From Phyllosticta citribraziliensis (taxonomy: Eukaryota), in NCBI RefSeq assembly GCF_038025025.1, contig NW_027117345.1, positions 1,116,001 to 1,180,000 on the forward strand: DNA of 64,000 nt, read 5' to 3'. Shown here piece after piece: positions 49,516 through 61,590 of the stretch (its first letter is position 1; every line of letters starts with the position of its first letter). The notes beneath the pieces were generated by a model. That model saw only the letters and a program-made list of their open reading frames with translations, had not been told where the DNA came from and searched no databases. Made by a program: the position numbers and the translations under genes.

Positions 49516-52048
49516 GCAGTTTCTTTCTTTGGGTAGACTGAAGGAGCTCCTTTTTCGTTTGATACCAAGCATTTTGCAGCATATACATCTTCGTACGTAA
49601 TTGGAGTTGAACTTTTGAACCTGGCTCATGCGTGGTTCCTCTGTGCTTGCCCAAGCATCGGCATGATGGAATTTTTGGAGAATCGATGGCTAGCTCTTCG
49701 TAGAGGCTCTAGGAAGGGCGATGCTTCATCTCGCGCTGCCGCGCAAACAATCACATAAGGAGGTCCAATTCTCGGTCAGGTAGTCTACGGTCTCCTGGCG
49801 GCTCGGCACCGTCACCCGTCGACCGGGCGCGGGACGGGACGAAAAGCTGGTGTTGCAATGTCCGCAACGTGACTCATTTCGTCGTTGGCTGGGTCCAGAA
49901 GCACTGAACTACTACGCGATCATTTTGGTCGAGCTGATCAAGCCAAGCAGCTGCCCCTATGCATTGTGAAGCCTCGTCAACGACGGCGGGTCAATTCTCC
50001 TTCCCCTTTCGCCCATGTGTGCGACCATCTAGAAAAGTTCCACACTGCCACTCGCACTCTTCCACGCGAGCACTGCTGCAGGGGAACTTGGCACGCGAGC
50101 AAGCAATGAGGCCAAGGCGTCTGGGCAAGCAGGTAGTGAGGCAGATCACTCGCACCACTCTTCCCGAGCCCAAGAACCGAACATTCCAACAATGGAAGCC
50201 CAAAGGCGCGGAGAAAAGGGACAGATGGGGCAGGTGGCCGGAAGTTAATGTTTGACAGTTGGAAGCGTGTGCACATGCATGCAAGCTGCATGCTGCATGT
50301 ACTGTAGATCTTCTATTGTCCTATTGGCGCGGATAAGTGGTTGGGAGTTCGGCTACAGATATGTTTCTCCTGGAGGCACTGCCGGGGATGGGGATCGGGG
50401 AGTAGAGCACCATGACACGGCGAGGTATCCAGGGACTGGTAGTTTGCAGTGCGGAGTAGAAGGAGCACCTGAACACCGCAAGCGTTTCGACTGGCTTTGT
50501 CTCGACTCATGGCGGATTTGCGCGCACGATCGCATGAGGACGGAGACAGCCACACGATGAGATGAGACAACAAGACGACTCGCGTTGACGCCTCGGTCCG
50601 CACTTTGCTGCCGGGCCTGTCGGGTGGGAGTAGCGAGCTGCCGTACCGGTAGTAGTCGTTTACAGATGGTAGACTGAATCGAAGTGCTGGTTGGCCAGAA
50701 CGCATCAAGGCCCTCTGGCACGGCGAGCCGGCGCAGCGGTCTCGCTGTACGCGAGAGGTTCAGATGCATCCAGGCGAGCTCGAACAAGACCACGCAACCC
50801 AGCAAATGTGCTGTCAACCCCGTCCCTCCTAGGCGAGCGGACAGCAGTCCCAGGCGCAGGGCCGGTATTTCGAGAGCGGGCGTCTGCAAACCAAGCAGCG
50901 GGTTTACCCCGAGCCCGAACGCGACTCAGTTGCGTATCCCTTGGTGTGCTTGGCAGCCAACACAGTACATGGATCATGACAAGGCGATTGACAGAGCGAC
51001 AGTCGCAGTGGCTGAATGACTAGTGTTTCCAATGGCAGGTGGTAGCTTTGCGTACATGCTGGCCGTGCATGATTATTCTTCTGTGCCTCGAGCACACACA
51101 CAGAGCGAAACTCCATGGAAAATCAGCGCGCCACCCGTCCGCCTGCGGGAGCAACGAGCATCACACAGCGCGCGTCTCGCGGGCCGGTGCATGCTGCGGC
51201 GACGGACAGTTAGCGAGCATGACATAATTGTCTACTCCTGGGCGCTGGATGGGCAGTACTCCTAGGAAGTGTGCATCAAGCGGGTGGGCTGCCGGGTTTT
51301 GGTCCGGTTTCGAGCGGCGCGTCGGATCGACAGGCACGGCCCGGAAAGAGAAGGTGATCCGATCAATGGCGAGGGTGCGAGTGGATCGCGGTTGGCTTGG
51401 CCGGTGGCCCGAGGAGAGCCTGGCTGGGGGGAAAATAACATCGTCCACGACGACAACGACAACAACGGCTTGGGCCAAGATGATCACGGCCATGCCATCT
51501 TTCCTTAAAGCCGGATGAAGATGAACGTTGCACTAGAGATGGAATGCTGCTGGGCGGTGCGTGCTGCCTCTGGTCTCCCCATCGTCTCCTCATTGTTCGC
51601 GCTCTGTGCTAGGAGTAGCCTTTCTTCCTCTTTTCGGAGCGATGGACGCTGTGGCGTGGTCTTGCGAGTCGTGAATTGTGACAGCCGTGATGCTCGCTTG
51701 GGCACTCGGGTTGCCGTGAAGCACTTCGTACCATGAGGTTGCTGGATTCGTGTCAGGGCAACGCCTCGAAGGCTGTGGATCTGAAGTTTCCCGTCTCTTT
51801 CACTGAGACTTGGCGCATCCAAAGAAAGAAAAAGTTGTTGAGAGAAGAAAATGTCTCGAATATATGTGGCAAGTGAAAATGACTGCCTGCTCCAAACGAA
51901 AGCTCTGCGGTATCATGCGTAGAATAGTGAAATCGACAAAAGAAATGTGTTGTCCCTGAGTCCACTTCCATGTGTATAATTCGTCCCAAGCGCCCTCCAC
52001 GGCGCAGACCCTAATCTCAATTATTGTGAGTCTGCTTCAGGTGCAAGA

Positions 52049-53530
52049 CTACACGGCGTGAGTGTAATAATGCCTCGACGGGTAATTGGCCTCGTCCAAA
52101 CTGCCACTGTCTCGAAGAATGTGCGGTGGAGTCTCTTCAAACTGCGTCACAATCTGGGTTCGCACTCCAATCCGTCCATCCGGCAGGTTCAGCGCCTCCT
52201 CGCTGCTGTTCGAGGCCGCGTCTTGCTCAATCTTGGTCTGGATGCCGCCTTTGTCGCGCGTGTACGGGTTGGTCGCCATACCATCCTTGTCGAGGCTCCT
52301 GAGGTGTACGCTTCCGTCGTTGGTTGACTGCCCCTTTTGACTGCCCAGATTTTGAAATGTTGCTCGAGAAGGTTGAGATGCCTTGTGATTCGTGCCGTAA
52401 CGGTCTGTCTCGTAGTACGAGCCGAGGAGGCGCGGCAGGTGACGTTTGGCAATGACTTTGAAGGATGGTATGCTTGCGGCCAATATGCCGACGTTCGTCT
52501 CGATGACGCTCCAGTACATGGCCTTTGCAATGACCCAGGTTTGATCGGTACTGGTCAGCATCTCTGGGATGAAAGTAATTCTGATTATGGAGGATATGCA
52601 TGAACTGTGCGTCTAGTCAGCGACTGTTAGGCGGTCGACGAGCGTCGCAGGCCGACTTACAAGAGTCCAAGAGAAAGCATGATGCCCAGTCCAATCTTTT
52701 GGTTGCGGGGAACTTGAAGGTGAATGACGAGTCGGACTGGCAGCGTGTAGGTCAGAATGTCCGTACTGATATTGACTGCCGCGTTTGCCAAGTAGAAGGC
52801 GTTGATGTTGATGCATTTCTTGTTCGTGATTCTTGTATCGTATGCGGCCGCGATTGGGGAGCATTCAAACAGCGCTGCAAGCGAATTGCCGGTAGCCTGG
52901 CAACCGACCAAGACAAACATGACGATGGCTAGCTTTCTCAAACTGCGGTCTCCCAGGCGCATGTAGAGGGCCAGGACACTAGTTTTGATGAATCCCAAGC
53001 ACGCATTGTAGAAGATGGAACTAAGCCACACAATCTGAAGCCCATTAGCTTCCACTTGAATTCAAGGTCGGTCGAGCAAAACTACCTTTGCGTACTGGAT
53101 GAGGTTGTCCTCTCCGCGCTTTGCGACGTCGACATAATGGCTTCTGTTAAAACAGTCAGAATGATATTCCTCGAGAACAAAGTTCCGGGAGAGGGTTCTT
53201 TGGCTTACCCTAGTCCGCGACTCACTGATAGAATGGTCGCGACAATGAAGGCCCACGACAGTAGCTGCTTGACCGTTGGCATCTGTCTCCATTCCCTCCG
53301 CATGGATTCCTTTACTTACTGCACCGATGCAAATCAAGACTTTCAGGTTTTGGGTCAGATATCGGAACAAAATTGCAAAGGTCTCCCAGCTTACCATCAT
53401 CAAGACCTAGTTTCTGTACCAGAAAGATTCGAGCGTACAGCCGCAAGCTCATCACAATCGCTGTTATGACGGCAAACACAATCGCGATGGCATTCACCGT
53501 AGGGCCTTGGCTCTCGGGCTCGGCCACCAT
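52049..53530 (-). CDS. PTH11-like (non-CFEM) fungal rhodopsin-domain integral membrane protein, about 6 exons
   Basis: LRLYARIF..LGLDD, IKTSVLALYMRL, ECSPI, NISTDILTYTLP, LGL..CISSIIR and WSVIETNVGILAASIPS; several GT-AG introns. Confidence 0.92.
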
Positions 53531-55401
53531 TGTGAAAGATAGTTCGGTAGAACAGAGGGTCTCAAATGGTTATACAGGGTTTTGAAAACCACTGTCAGAA
53601 GGCGAGCTGTATACCCCAGAGTCTATCTGGGCATCCAGCGTCGTACTGTGGGGTTACACGAGATTAGGTCCAGGCGGGTAGTAGAAGAGACGAAGGATGT
53701 GATCTCATACTGTGTCCAGCAGGTACCGAGCGACAGTAAGTTGAACAGAAGATGGAAGAAAACCAAAGTGACAGTGTGAGAGGCTTTGCATGGAAGCCAA
53801 GGATCCCCTTCCCAATAGAACATAGATGCGCATAGTCCCTGGTGACCCAGTTTCCTGGTTCCAAGTGGGCTCGTCACCCTCTCGAAAGGGCAAAGCCGCA
53901 ATGCCTCCCATGTTGACCAATGGATATTCCAAACAACATGGTGCCGTAGTTGCTTGTCATTTCGCATGCGCCAGGACCATGGACATTGAGTTTCTGAATG
54001 TCACAAAGGCTGTAGAAAATGCCAGTGCTCGTCCGCTTTTGGCCACTGTGGACTTGTGGCCGCGACAAGGGCGCCTGAAAACGATGGGGACGCATCTAGT
54101 CGCAGCTACGGGTAAATGATTCGGTCACGTCTAGGATCCGTCGTGGCGAAGGGGTTATGCAGGATGACAAAGGAGGAAAACAAGCTTGGAAACGGACATG
54201 GCATCCAATCACCTAGAGGCGGTGATCGAGCCTACTGGAAGCCTCACCCGTCATTCCGCGCTGGCCGCTGCACTCAAAGGTGGGTTTGGCATTTCGCTCT
54301 CTCCGATGGCCAGCGTCTAGACATAGTAGTCAGTCGCATGGCTGATGAGTCCTGTCCACCATACGGTGCCATTCCCGCCATGATGTCGCAAGGCTTCTCA
54401 GAATGTGCTCGGTCTTCGGCCGCAGGCGCCCTGCCTCGAAGAACTCAAAAGCTGCGTCGTCGTGCATTGTCTGCATGGTGGAGTTGAAGCCTGACGGATC
54501 ATCCTGCATCGCGATGCCCAGCCAGCATTCTCAGACATCAACTAATCCGGCGAAATAATCAGTGGGGTCTATCGCTCACGGCCGTGGGGTCCGCCAAAAG
54601 AAGGTTGCAGTCGCGCCCGTCCTCGAGCAGTGTCGGGCTTTCAAGCCATGGCAGCAGCAGAGTTGGGCCAATATTCGAGACCCAAGCCTGCGCGACTGCT
54701 GCGTCGCCGCAATCTCTCGGAGCAAAGAGCTGCAAGTAGATACAGTCCATGGCCTGGGTATTGCTCCAATCAAGGCCAGCCCCACTGGCAAAGGCGCGAG
54801 TCCGACGCGAATTCATACTGGGCGGGTGACTTGGCTTCACGACTCGCGTCGTCCGTGGGCAGACGTAAATCTTCCTCCTCCCCCCTTCACGAACTTGCGA
54901 CTGCATAGTCCCAGCGGTTGATCCTCATTACCGTGCGCAGCACAAAGCGAATGGATTCCGCTGGGGTATCCAAAAAAAGAAAGGTCTTGGAGGTTGAGAA
55001 GACTTGTCGACAGACCAGCGTCGACGCCTCTCCGGTGCTGTCATGCAAGGCCGCATGCCGCAACAGCCTCCTGGCTCAGCGCGGCCACGGACAGGCCGAT
55101 GGCGATTCTAGCGATGGGGCAGCGGTCGGCAGTTTGAAAGCAGTGGAGAAATAAAAAAAAATGGCGACGTGGGTGGCACTGCTGGTGGAGATGGGTCGAG
55201 ACAGCGGAGGCGGCGCAGACAAATGTCGGGGGTCGTTCCGCCCGGAAAACTCTAGCGAGCTTTCGGTTAATCCTGCCGAAGCAAGTGGTCCTCTGTGATT
55301 GGATGCCAGTAGCCGTCCACGAATTCTACGACCGAGTTCAAGATCTATCAATTGATACTGCCAACGTCGAAGCCATCTCCGCCTGTATTTTCAGCCTTCA
55401 G

Positions 55402-57183
55402 CTAGCCCTCTCGCACCTTTTCCAAAAACTCCGTCACAAAGCCAGCCACGATGTCTGGCTTCTCAACCATGGGCAGATGGCCCGCATGCTCAACTTCATA
55501 GTAGGCGCCCTTCCCACCACCGTACGTCTCGGCCATCTTGCGCATGCCTTTGGGCACCGCGCCGTCACCCGCACCGGCCAGGAACGCGCCGGGCACCTGG
55601 CTGCCCTTCATCTCCTCGGCGACATCATAGGCGTGCAGAGCGCGCACCACCTTCTTGAAGCCCTCGAGGCTGTTGGTCGCGACGCCGCGCTTGACCTCCT
55701 CGATGCGGCTCTCTACCTCGCCCTTGTCAAACGACTCGTCGACAAACCAACGCCTGATAGTCTCCTCGGCGAGGTTCTCGCCAATGACCTCATCCGACTC
55801 GCTCTCCGCCGACACGCTGCCCACACTTGTCCATCGCCACGGCTCTGGAATCCCCGCCGCGCCACCGTATTCGGCGGCCGTCGCACCCTGTGCTTCGGCG
55901 ACGCCCACCCGCTTGTCCCAGGCAGCTGCGTTGGTGGCCGGAGCTGCCGCGTTGGTGTCGCAGGCCACAAAGGCGGCGACACGCGATGGGTGCTTGAGAG
56001 CGAGGTTGAGGACAGACACTCCACCGAGGGAAACACCAATGGCAGCGGCTGCGCGCGGCACGCGAAGCGCGTCGAGAAGGTCGCGCATATCGTCAGCCAG
56101 AACGTCAATTGTGATTGGTTGCGTTCCTGCGGCGGCGCCACGGCCGCGGGTGTGGTACCGCAGAATACGGTAGTTCTGGTTGGCGCGTTGAGAGAGGAAC
56201 GACGCCAGGAATGCATCGTAGATGTGCCAGTCGACCATTACCGACGTGGACAGGATAATGAGAGGCGCGTTGGGGTCGGGAGAGCCCTCAAGGCGGTAGG
56301 GAAGAATGACACCATCGCGGGCCGTAATGTACGACTCGATGGCGCCAGGAGTTGTGGGAGTGGCGGGAATCTCCTTCGTGAGGCCATCCGGCGACGTGAA
56401 CGGAGCGACAGAGCCCGTCGTCAGCGAAGAGAGGTAGCGCGGCGCTGGGCCAAAGGTGTAGTAGAGCTTATAATCGCGCCTATTGAAGCTGCCAAAGAAC
56501 TGCGACTTCATTTTGTGCGTCCAAGGAGTGTCGGCGCAGGCCTTCAATTCTGGGCCTTCGACATTTTCCTGGCTGTCGAACTCGTGCAGTGCGATGTATT
56601 CCACCTCTTTGATTTTATCCTGGGGACCCAACGGCTTGACCACCGTGGAAGACTTGAATCGCCTCGTCTGGCGCCATCCAGGGACCTTGGTGAGCAGGGG
56701 AATATGCTCTTCGTTGTACCACTTGTTAAACTCCTCGGCATCTGCACCCGGCTTGAGCTTGATGATGGCGCTTAGCAAGAACGGGAGCTCTCGGCCTTCG
56801 CTCTGAATCTCCGCCGCGCTCTTGTACCCCTCCTTTTTGGTCTCGTAAATCAGGTCATACGACTTTCTATTGACGTCAATCTTCTTCATGGTTGCCGCTT
56901 CGCGCTCGCTCTTCAGCGGCGGCCCGCGCAAAGAGAGGTATGACTCGGTGTTTAGCTGGTTCAAGTCATCCACGTCGTACATGGCCATCCACTCCGGCTG
57001 CTCCTTGCTACCGCGGCTGTCTGCTGCCAGGTCAGTAGCCTTGTAGCGGAATCCGGTGAGGAAGTACGGGAAGCGGAGACGGGTCGGGCCATGCTCATTG
57101 TTGTACCAATCGTGAAATTGGTCCGAGGAGAGGTCGTTATGAGGATTCATGGTAACGTACAAGATGCCGGGGGTGGGAGCCAT
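55402..57183 (-). CDS. Fusion of two EthD-like (dimeric alpha/beta barrel) domains and an alpha/beta hydrolase of the 3-oxoadipate enol-lactonase type; probable 3-carboxymuconolactone hydrolase (ChdA-like)
   Basis: Two FxxWYNxEH motifs (FHDWYNNEH, FNKWYNEEH); hydrolase nucleophile elbow GVSLGG, GAGDG and AGHLPMVE; lies next to the cyclase and dioxygenase genes. Confidence 0.85.
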   Translation of the reverse strand: MAPTPGILYVTMNPHNDLSSDQFHDWYNNEHGPTRLRFPYFLTGFRYKATDLAADSRGSKEQPEWMAMYDVDDLNQLNTESYLSLRGPPLKSEREAATMKKIDVNRKSYDLIYETKKEGYKSAAEIQSEGRELPFLLSAIIKLKPGADAEEFNKWYNEEHIPLLTKVPGWRQTRRFKSSTVVKPLGPQDKIKEVEYIALHEFDSQENVEGPELKACADTPWTHKMKSQFFGSFNRRDYKLYYTFGPAPRYLSSLTTGSVAPFTSPDGLTKEIPATPTTPGAIESYITARDGVILPYRLEGSPDPNAPLIILSTSVMVDWHIYDAFLASFLSQRANQNYRILRYHTRGRGAAAGTQPITIDVLADDMRDLLDALRVPRAAAAIGVSLGGVSVLNLALKHPSRVAAFVACDTNAAAPATNAAAWDKRVGVAEAQGATAAEYGGAAGIPEPWRWTSVGSVSAESESDEVIGENLAEETIRRWFVDESFDKGEVESRIEEVKRGVATNSLEGFKKVVRALHAYDVAEEMKGSQVPGAFLAGAGDGAVPKGMRKMAETYGGGKGAYYEVEHAGHLPMVEKPDIVAGFVTEFLEKVREG

Positions 57184-57544
57184 GATGGGCGGGGTAGTGC
57201 AAGTAAACAGTTGACGCGGAATAAGCAAATGGGTGTCGAGAGATTTGAGAGAAGAGATTTGGAGACGGAGAGAGGCATGAATGTCGACGCAATGGCAAGA
57301 TCGCGTTCATCGCAACCGAAACGACTGCCCGGCTTACGTCTTCACGGACTCGAGCTAGAGAGCCCCGCGGCCGCCGGCAGAGGGGTCGGGTGTTGGGGTC
57401 TCCGCCACGAGGCGGGTGTGCATTCAGCCGCCGCACCGCCACTGCACTAGCTGAGCTGTTGCTTCACCGCACTCTTGTTTCACCTTCATGTGGCGCGCAG
57501 CTAAGAAACCCTCATTTGTATTTGTCTTTCTAGCTTGCATCCTT

Positions 57545-58828
57545 TCAATCGTACCAAATGGCATTCATTCCAAACCCAGGCTCCGTAACCTCACACCTCG
57601 CGACGCGCCCCAGCCAGCCCTCGGTCCAGCGATAGATCTCGATGAAGCCAACCGTGTCGTCCGTGATGGCGATATACTCATCCGTCCATGGGCACGGCGC
57701 AACGGCGTTCGAGTGTCCCCCGCTAGACGACGTGGGATTCAGCAGCAGCTGTCTCTCGATGTGGCCATTCTTGGACAACTTGAAGGCGCTTATGTATCCC
57801 GGCACCCCTATCGTGTTTGAGCGGGTCGTCGCAAACAGTGTGTCGGCGCTCTGGGTATGGAAAACGACGTCGCCCCGAAAGTTTTTGATGTTATACTTGA
57901 GGCCTGGGCTTGTGAGCTTGAGACCAAGTTTCAGAGTCTGTCGAGCTTACCTGGTGGAATGAGCGGCCACCTGCGTTGCGTGAAGACGGGCAGATGTGTC
58001 TGCTGGTCAATGACGTATTCGGCAACATTGTTACCGGCCTCCATCAACACATAGAGATAGTTTCCGCTGGGGTGTATTTCAACCCACCGCGGGTGATCTC
58101 CAGGGTCGGGGGCTTCCAAAGAGCCTAGCAAGGTCAATTGGCCTGTTTGCGGGTCCTTCTTGTGAGTCCAGATTTTGTTGGCGCGCAAGTCTGCCGAGTA
58201 CAAGTACGTCTCGGTAGGGTCAAAGACCATGCCGTGGATGCCCGTCTTTGGCTCGTACTCGTAGTTTTGGACGTTTTCCTTGAGAGCGCCATTGTCGTTG
58301 ACAGAAAAGACGTTGCCGAAGCCAGCGTAGTCGTAGAACGGATTCCCGTAGACGTTGTATGGTGGCTTCTGGGCAGCAAGGACAAAGATGGCGCGTGTGT
58401 TGGTGTCGTTGTTGGCAGCAAGCGCTGTGCAAAGAAAAAGACAAACTGATCAGGCGACGCAGAAGAGAGATTGTTGGTGGGTAAACATACGATGACCAGC
58501 AATGGGATGGGAGGCACTTTGGACAATGTCGGTGGGACTCTTAACCGTGTAGCTGGACCATGTCTTCATGGAAGCACCGTAGATTTGCTTTCTGTCGTGC
58601 TGATTTCCAAAAAGGGCACGTCAGGGACCGAAACGATGAGATCAGGAGAGACTTGCAGGGAACAGGAGAGCGGGGACTCACGCTGAACGTCATCCAGGAG
58701 ATCGGTTCATGGTGCGGGATTTCAGACCGCTTGACAAGCTTCAGGGTCAAGGCGGCGTCGTCGAATTCGAAGGTGAAGATGGCTCCGGGCCGGGTCCACG
58801 TCCCAACCATCAGGTGATGCTTTGGCAT
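57545..58828 (-). CDS. cmcA: 3-carboxy-cis,cis-muconate cyclase (fungal beta-propeller lactonizing enzyme), 4 exons
   Basis: MPKHHLMVGTWT, EPISWMTF, GIHGMVFD, DHPRWV, VLMEAGN, ATTRSN, GGHSNAVAPC and GMNAIWYD. Introns 58600-58681, 58425-58490 and 57904-57950. Confidence 0.93.
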
Positions 58829-59290
58829 CTTGGCTACGGCTGGTGAGACTGAGAGGGCGTTTTGGAGGGAGCGTGAGATTCGCATTCGCGGGAGGCTGGC
58901 GGGCAAAAGAGCATCGTGAGAAATGCATGCCGTGGCTGATACCATAGGCCAGGCTACATGTAGCAGGAAGAGACATTATCCCGGGCACGGGAGCTGCCAT
59001 CGGTTGTTGGAGGGGCCCGCTGCAGCCAATGGCAGGCCCGACGTTGTCGAGTCTGGGGGCGCCCGCGGGGCAGCAGAGTGCGGGGCGGTGCCGGCGCCCG
59101 GGATCCTCAACGGCAACCTAACCTCCAGCCTCTGGTGAACCATCAGCCGACCCATCTGCCGTTGGCCGCCCACGCTCCTCCTGTCCTCTGTATAAGATCC
59201 TGTGGCCGTCAAGATGGATCCAACTCAATCATCGCCTCCTGTCCTCTCGCACCTCGTCAATTGTACATTTCCACCATCTCCACAGTCACC
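58829..59290. promoter_or_regulatory. Divergent promoter shared by the cyclase and dioxygenase genes
   Basis: Head-to-head ATGs about 460 bp apart; GC-rich core with several CGG/CCG triplets; TATAAG near 59191. Confidence 0.65.
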
Positions 59291-60280
59291 ATGCCTTCGC
59301 CGCAAGACCGCTTCGACCCCAACTTCACCAGCAATGTCATCAACGCCATTGGTCCTGCCTGCCCGCCCAGGGCCAGGTTCGTCCTGAGCGCCATGGTCAA
59401 GCACATCCACGACTTTGCTCGCGAAGTCGAGCTGACCAACGAGGAGTGGATGGCCGGTGTGGCTTTCGTCAACGCCTGCGGACAGATGAGCAACGAGAAG
59501 AGGAACGAGACGCATCGTATTTGCGACGTCATCGGTCTTGAATCGTGAGGGACACCACCAATCATTCTTCGAACAACTCTAACATGCTTCAGCCTCGTCG
59601 ACGAAATCGCAAACAAGCACATTTCGGAAACTGGCGAAACTCCCACCTCCTCCACCATTCTCGGCCCTTTCTGGAGCCCCCGGGCTCCTTTCCGTGAGAA
59701 CGGCGCCAGCATCATCGACTGCACCCACAACGGCCATGTTGCCCTGATGCACGGCCGTGTCATCGACCTCGATACCAAGAAGCCCATCTCCAACGCCATT
59801 GTCGACATTTGGCAAGCAAGCTCAAATGGCAAATACGACTTCCAAGACCCTGAGGGCCAGACGGACATGAACCTCCGCGGAAAGTTCAGGACAAACGAGA
59901 AGGGCGAATATCACTACTACTGCTTGAAGCCTACTGCCTACTCGCTGCCGACTGACGGTAAGTTACTGCCTTGAAATGGTAACCTGGACAGGCGCTAATT
60001 GTGCAAAGGCCCCGCCGGCGTTCTCCTCCGTCTCTTTGACCGCAGCCCTTGGAGGCCCGCACACATCCACCTGATGGTCAGCCACCCCGACTACAAGCCC
60101 GTCGTCACCCAGCTCTACCCCGACGACGACCCGCACTTGGTCGACGACTCGGTGTTTGCAGTCAAGGACGACCTCGTCGTCTCTTTCAAGCCGCGCGAGA
60201 ACGACCCCAAGGCCGAGCTGGATCTCGAGTACAACGTCACGCTGGCACCAAAGGATGCATCAGCAAAGTCGCAATTGTAG
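59291..60280 (+). CDS. prcA: Intradiol ring-cleavage dioxygenase, most like fungal protocatechuate 3,4-dioxygenase, 3 exons
   Basis: [44 protein letters not shown]; iron ligands GKYD (Tyr), PTAYSLP (Tyr) and RPAHIH (2 His). Introns 59545-59592 and 59958-60008. Confidence 0.9.
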
Positions 60281-60987
60281 ACGTGGAAGCATCTGCAACT
60301 GTTTTGAATTTGGGCGTTTTGTTGGATCTGTGAATATTCTCCTGGGATAGGTCTTGTATACGCGCCGCATGAAGCGCTTTGAATGAATTAGCCATGATCA
60401 ACCACAACTGCATTTTGGATTTGATCGTGTGTGATGTGGTTGGTTGAACGCTTTCGCCAGGGGGTATTCAATGGCAGCAGATCAATGCGCGCCATGCTCT
60501 TGCTCTGGTCAGATTATCTGGAAAAGCCTTTTGCCGCGCACAGGTGCCGCGATTCGAGCTCCTGTGCGGACCCCTAGCGCCGCAACAGTGTCCCTGCAGC
60601 TGGTCATGGGTGCCCCGCAGTGTGCCCCGCCTTGGGATCTGTTGGTTAAAAAGTTGAGCTGCGGTGCCTGAGCTCGACAACTTGAGCACACGACACGCAA
60701 CACTGCCGTTGCGAGATCCCGAAATCAATCGTCAACGGGGACATTCGGATTCGTTTTGCGCGTTCAATTGGAGCATATCTGGCGTATTCCGGCGAGAAGT
60801 GATCCCTCCATTAACTCCTTTGCTGGCGAGGTGACACTGACACTTCTCATTGCTGAGCAGAGCGCTTCGGTCAGCCGTTAGCTATTCGAACCGAATCAAG
60901 GCTCCTGCTCACCCCTTGCTCACCCCCATCCTCTTTTCCCTTGCACAACAAAGCAAGAAGGCAATAACGACGACCAAGCCAGCCAAA

Positions 60988-61590
60988 ATGCGCCTCCCCT
61001 ACGCGCCGTCCACACCCCCACCCTCCTCGCCCGCATCGACGCAAGAAATCTACGCGCGCATCGCCGAGCGCCGGCACCCACGCCCGCTCATCCCGCTCGA
61101 CCTGGCGCTGCTGCACTCGCCGCCGCTGGCCGACGGGTGGAACCACTTCCTCGGCGCCATCCGCAGCGCGACGACGCTGTCAGACGCACACTTGGAGCTG
61201 GCCGTGGCGCGCGTGGGCGCTCTGACGGGAGCGGTGTGGGAGTGGCGGGCGCACGCGCGACTCGCGGCGCTGGCGGGCGTGCGGAGGGCGGCGCTGGAGT
61301 GGGTTTTGAAGGGTGAAGGGGTGGATGGGCTGGTTGGCAAGGAGGTCGAGGGGTTGGGGGAGAAGGAGAGGGCGGTGCTTGCGCTTACAGATGAGGTTGT
61401 TAGGTTGGGGGGTGGGAAGGGTGTGAATGATGAGGTATGGGAGGAGTTGAGGAGGTGGTTCGATGATAGGCAGTGTGTCGAGTTGACGGTGGCAGTGAGC
61501 GCGTATTGTTGTGTCAGTCGTGTGCTGTTGACGCTGGATATCGGTGAGTGTAATGGACAGCCGATGGAGGTGCCAGCAGAGGCGACGTAG
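60988..61590 (+). CDS. AhpD-like / carboxymuconolactone decarboxylase-fold protein
   Basis: MRLPY, PLDLALLHSPPLADGWNHFLGAIR, ELAVARVG, EWRAH and VELTVAVSAYCCVSR; no AhpD CxxC motif. Confidence 0.88.
   Translation: MRLPYAPSTPPPSSPASTQEIYARIAERRHPRPLIPLDLALLHSPPLADGWNHFLGAIRSATTLSDAHLELAVARVGALTGAVWEWRAHARLAALAGVRRAALEWVLKGEGVDGLVGKEVEGLGEKERAVLALTDEVVRLGGGKGVNDEVWEELRRWFDDRQCVELTVAVSAYCCVSRVLLTLDIGECNGQPMEVPAEAT

Noticed and set aside
49600..52000. Many short ORFs between the P450 and the PTH11-like gene
   Set aside because: No coding signature or recognisable family; no transposase or terminal repeats seen.
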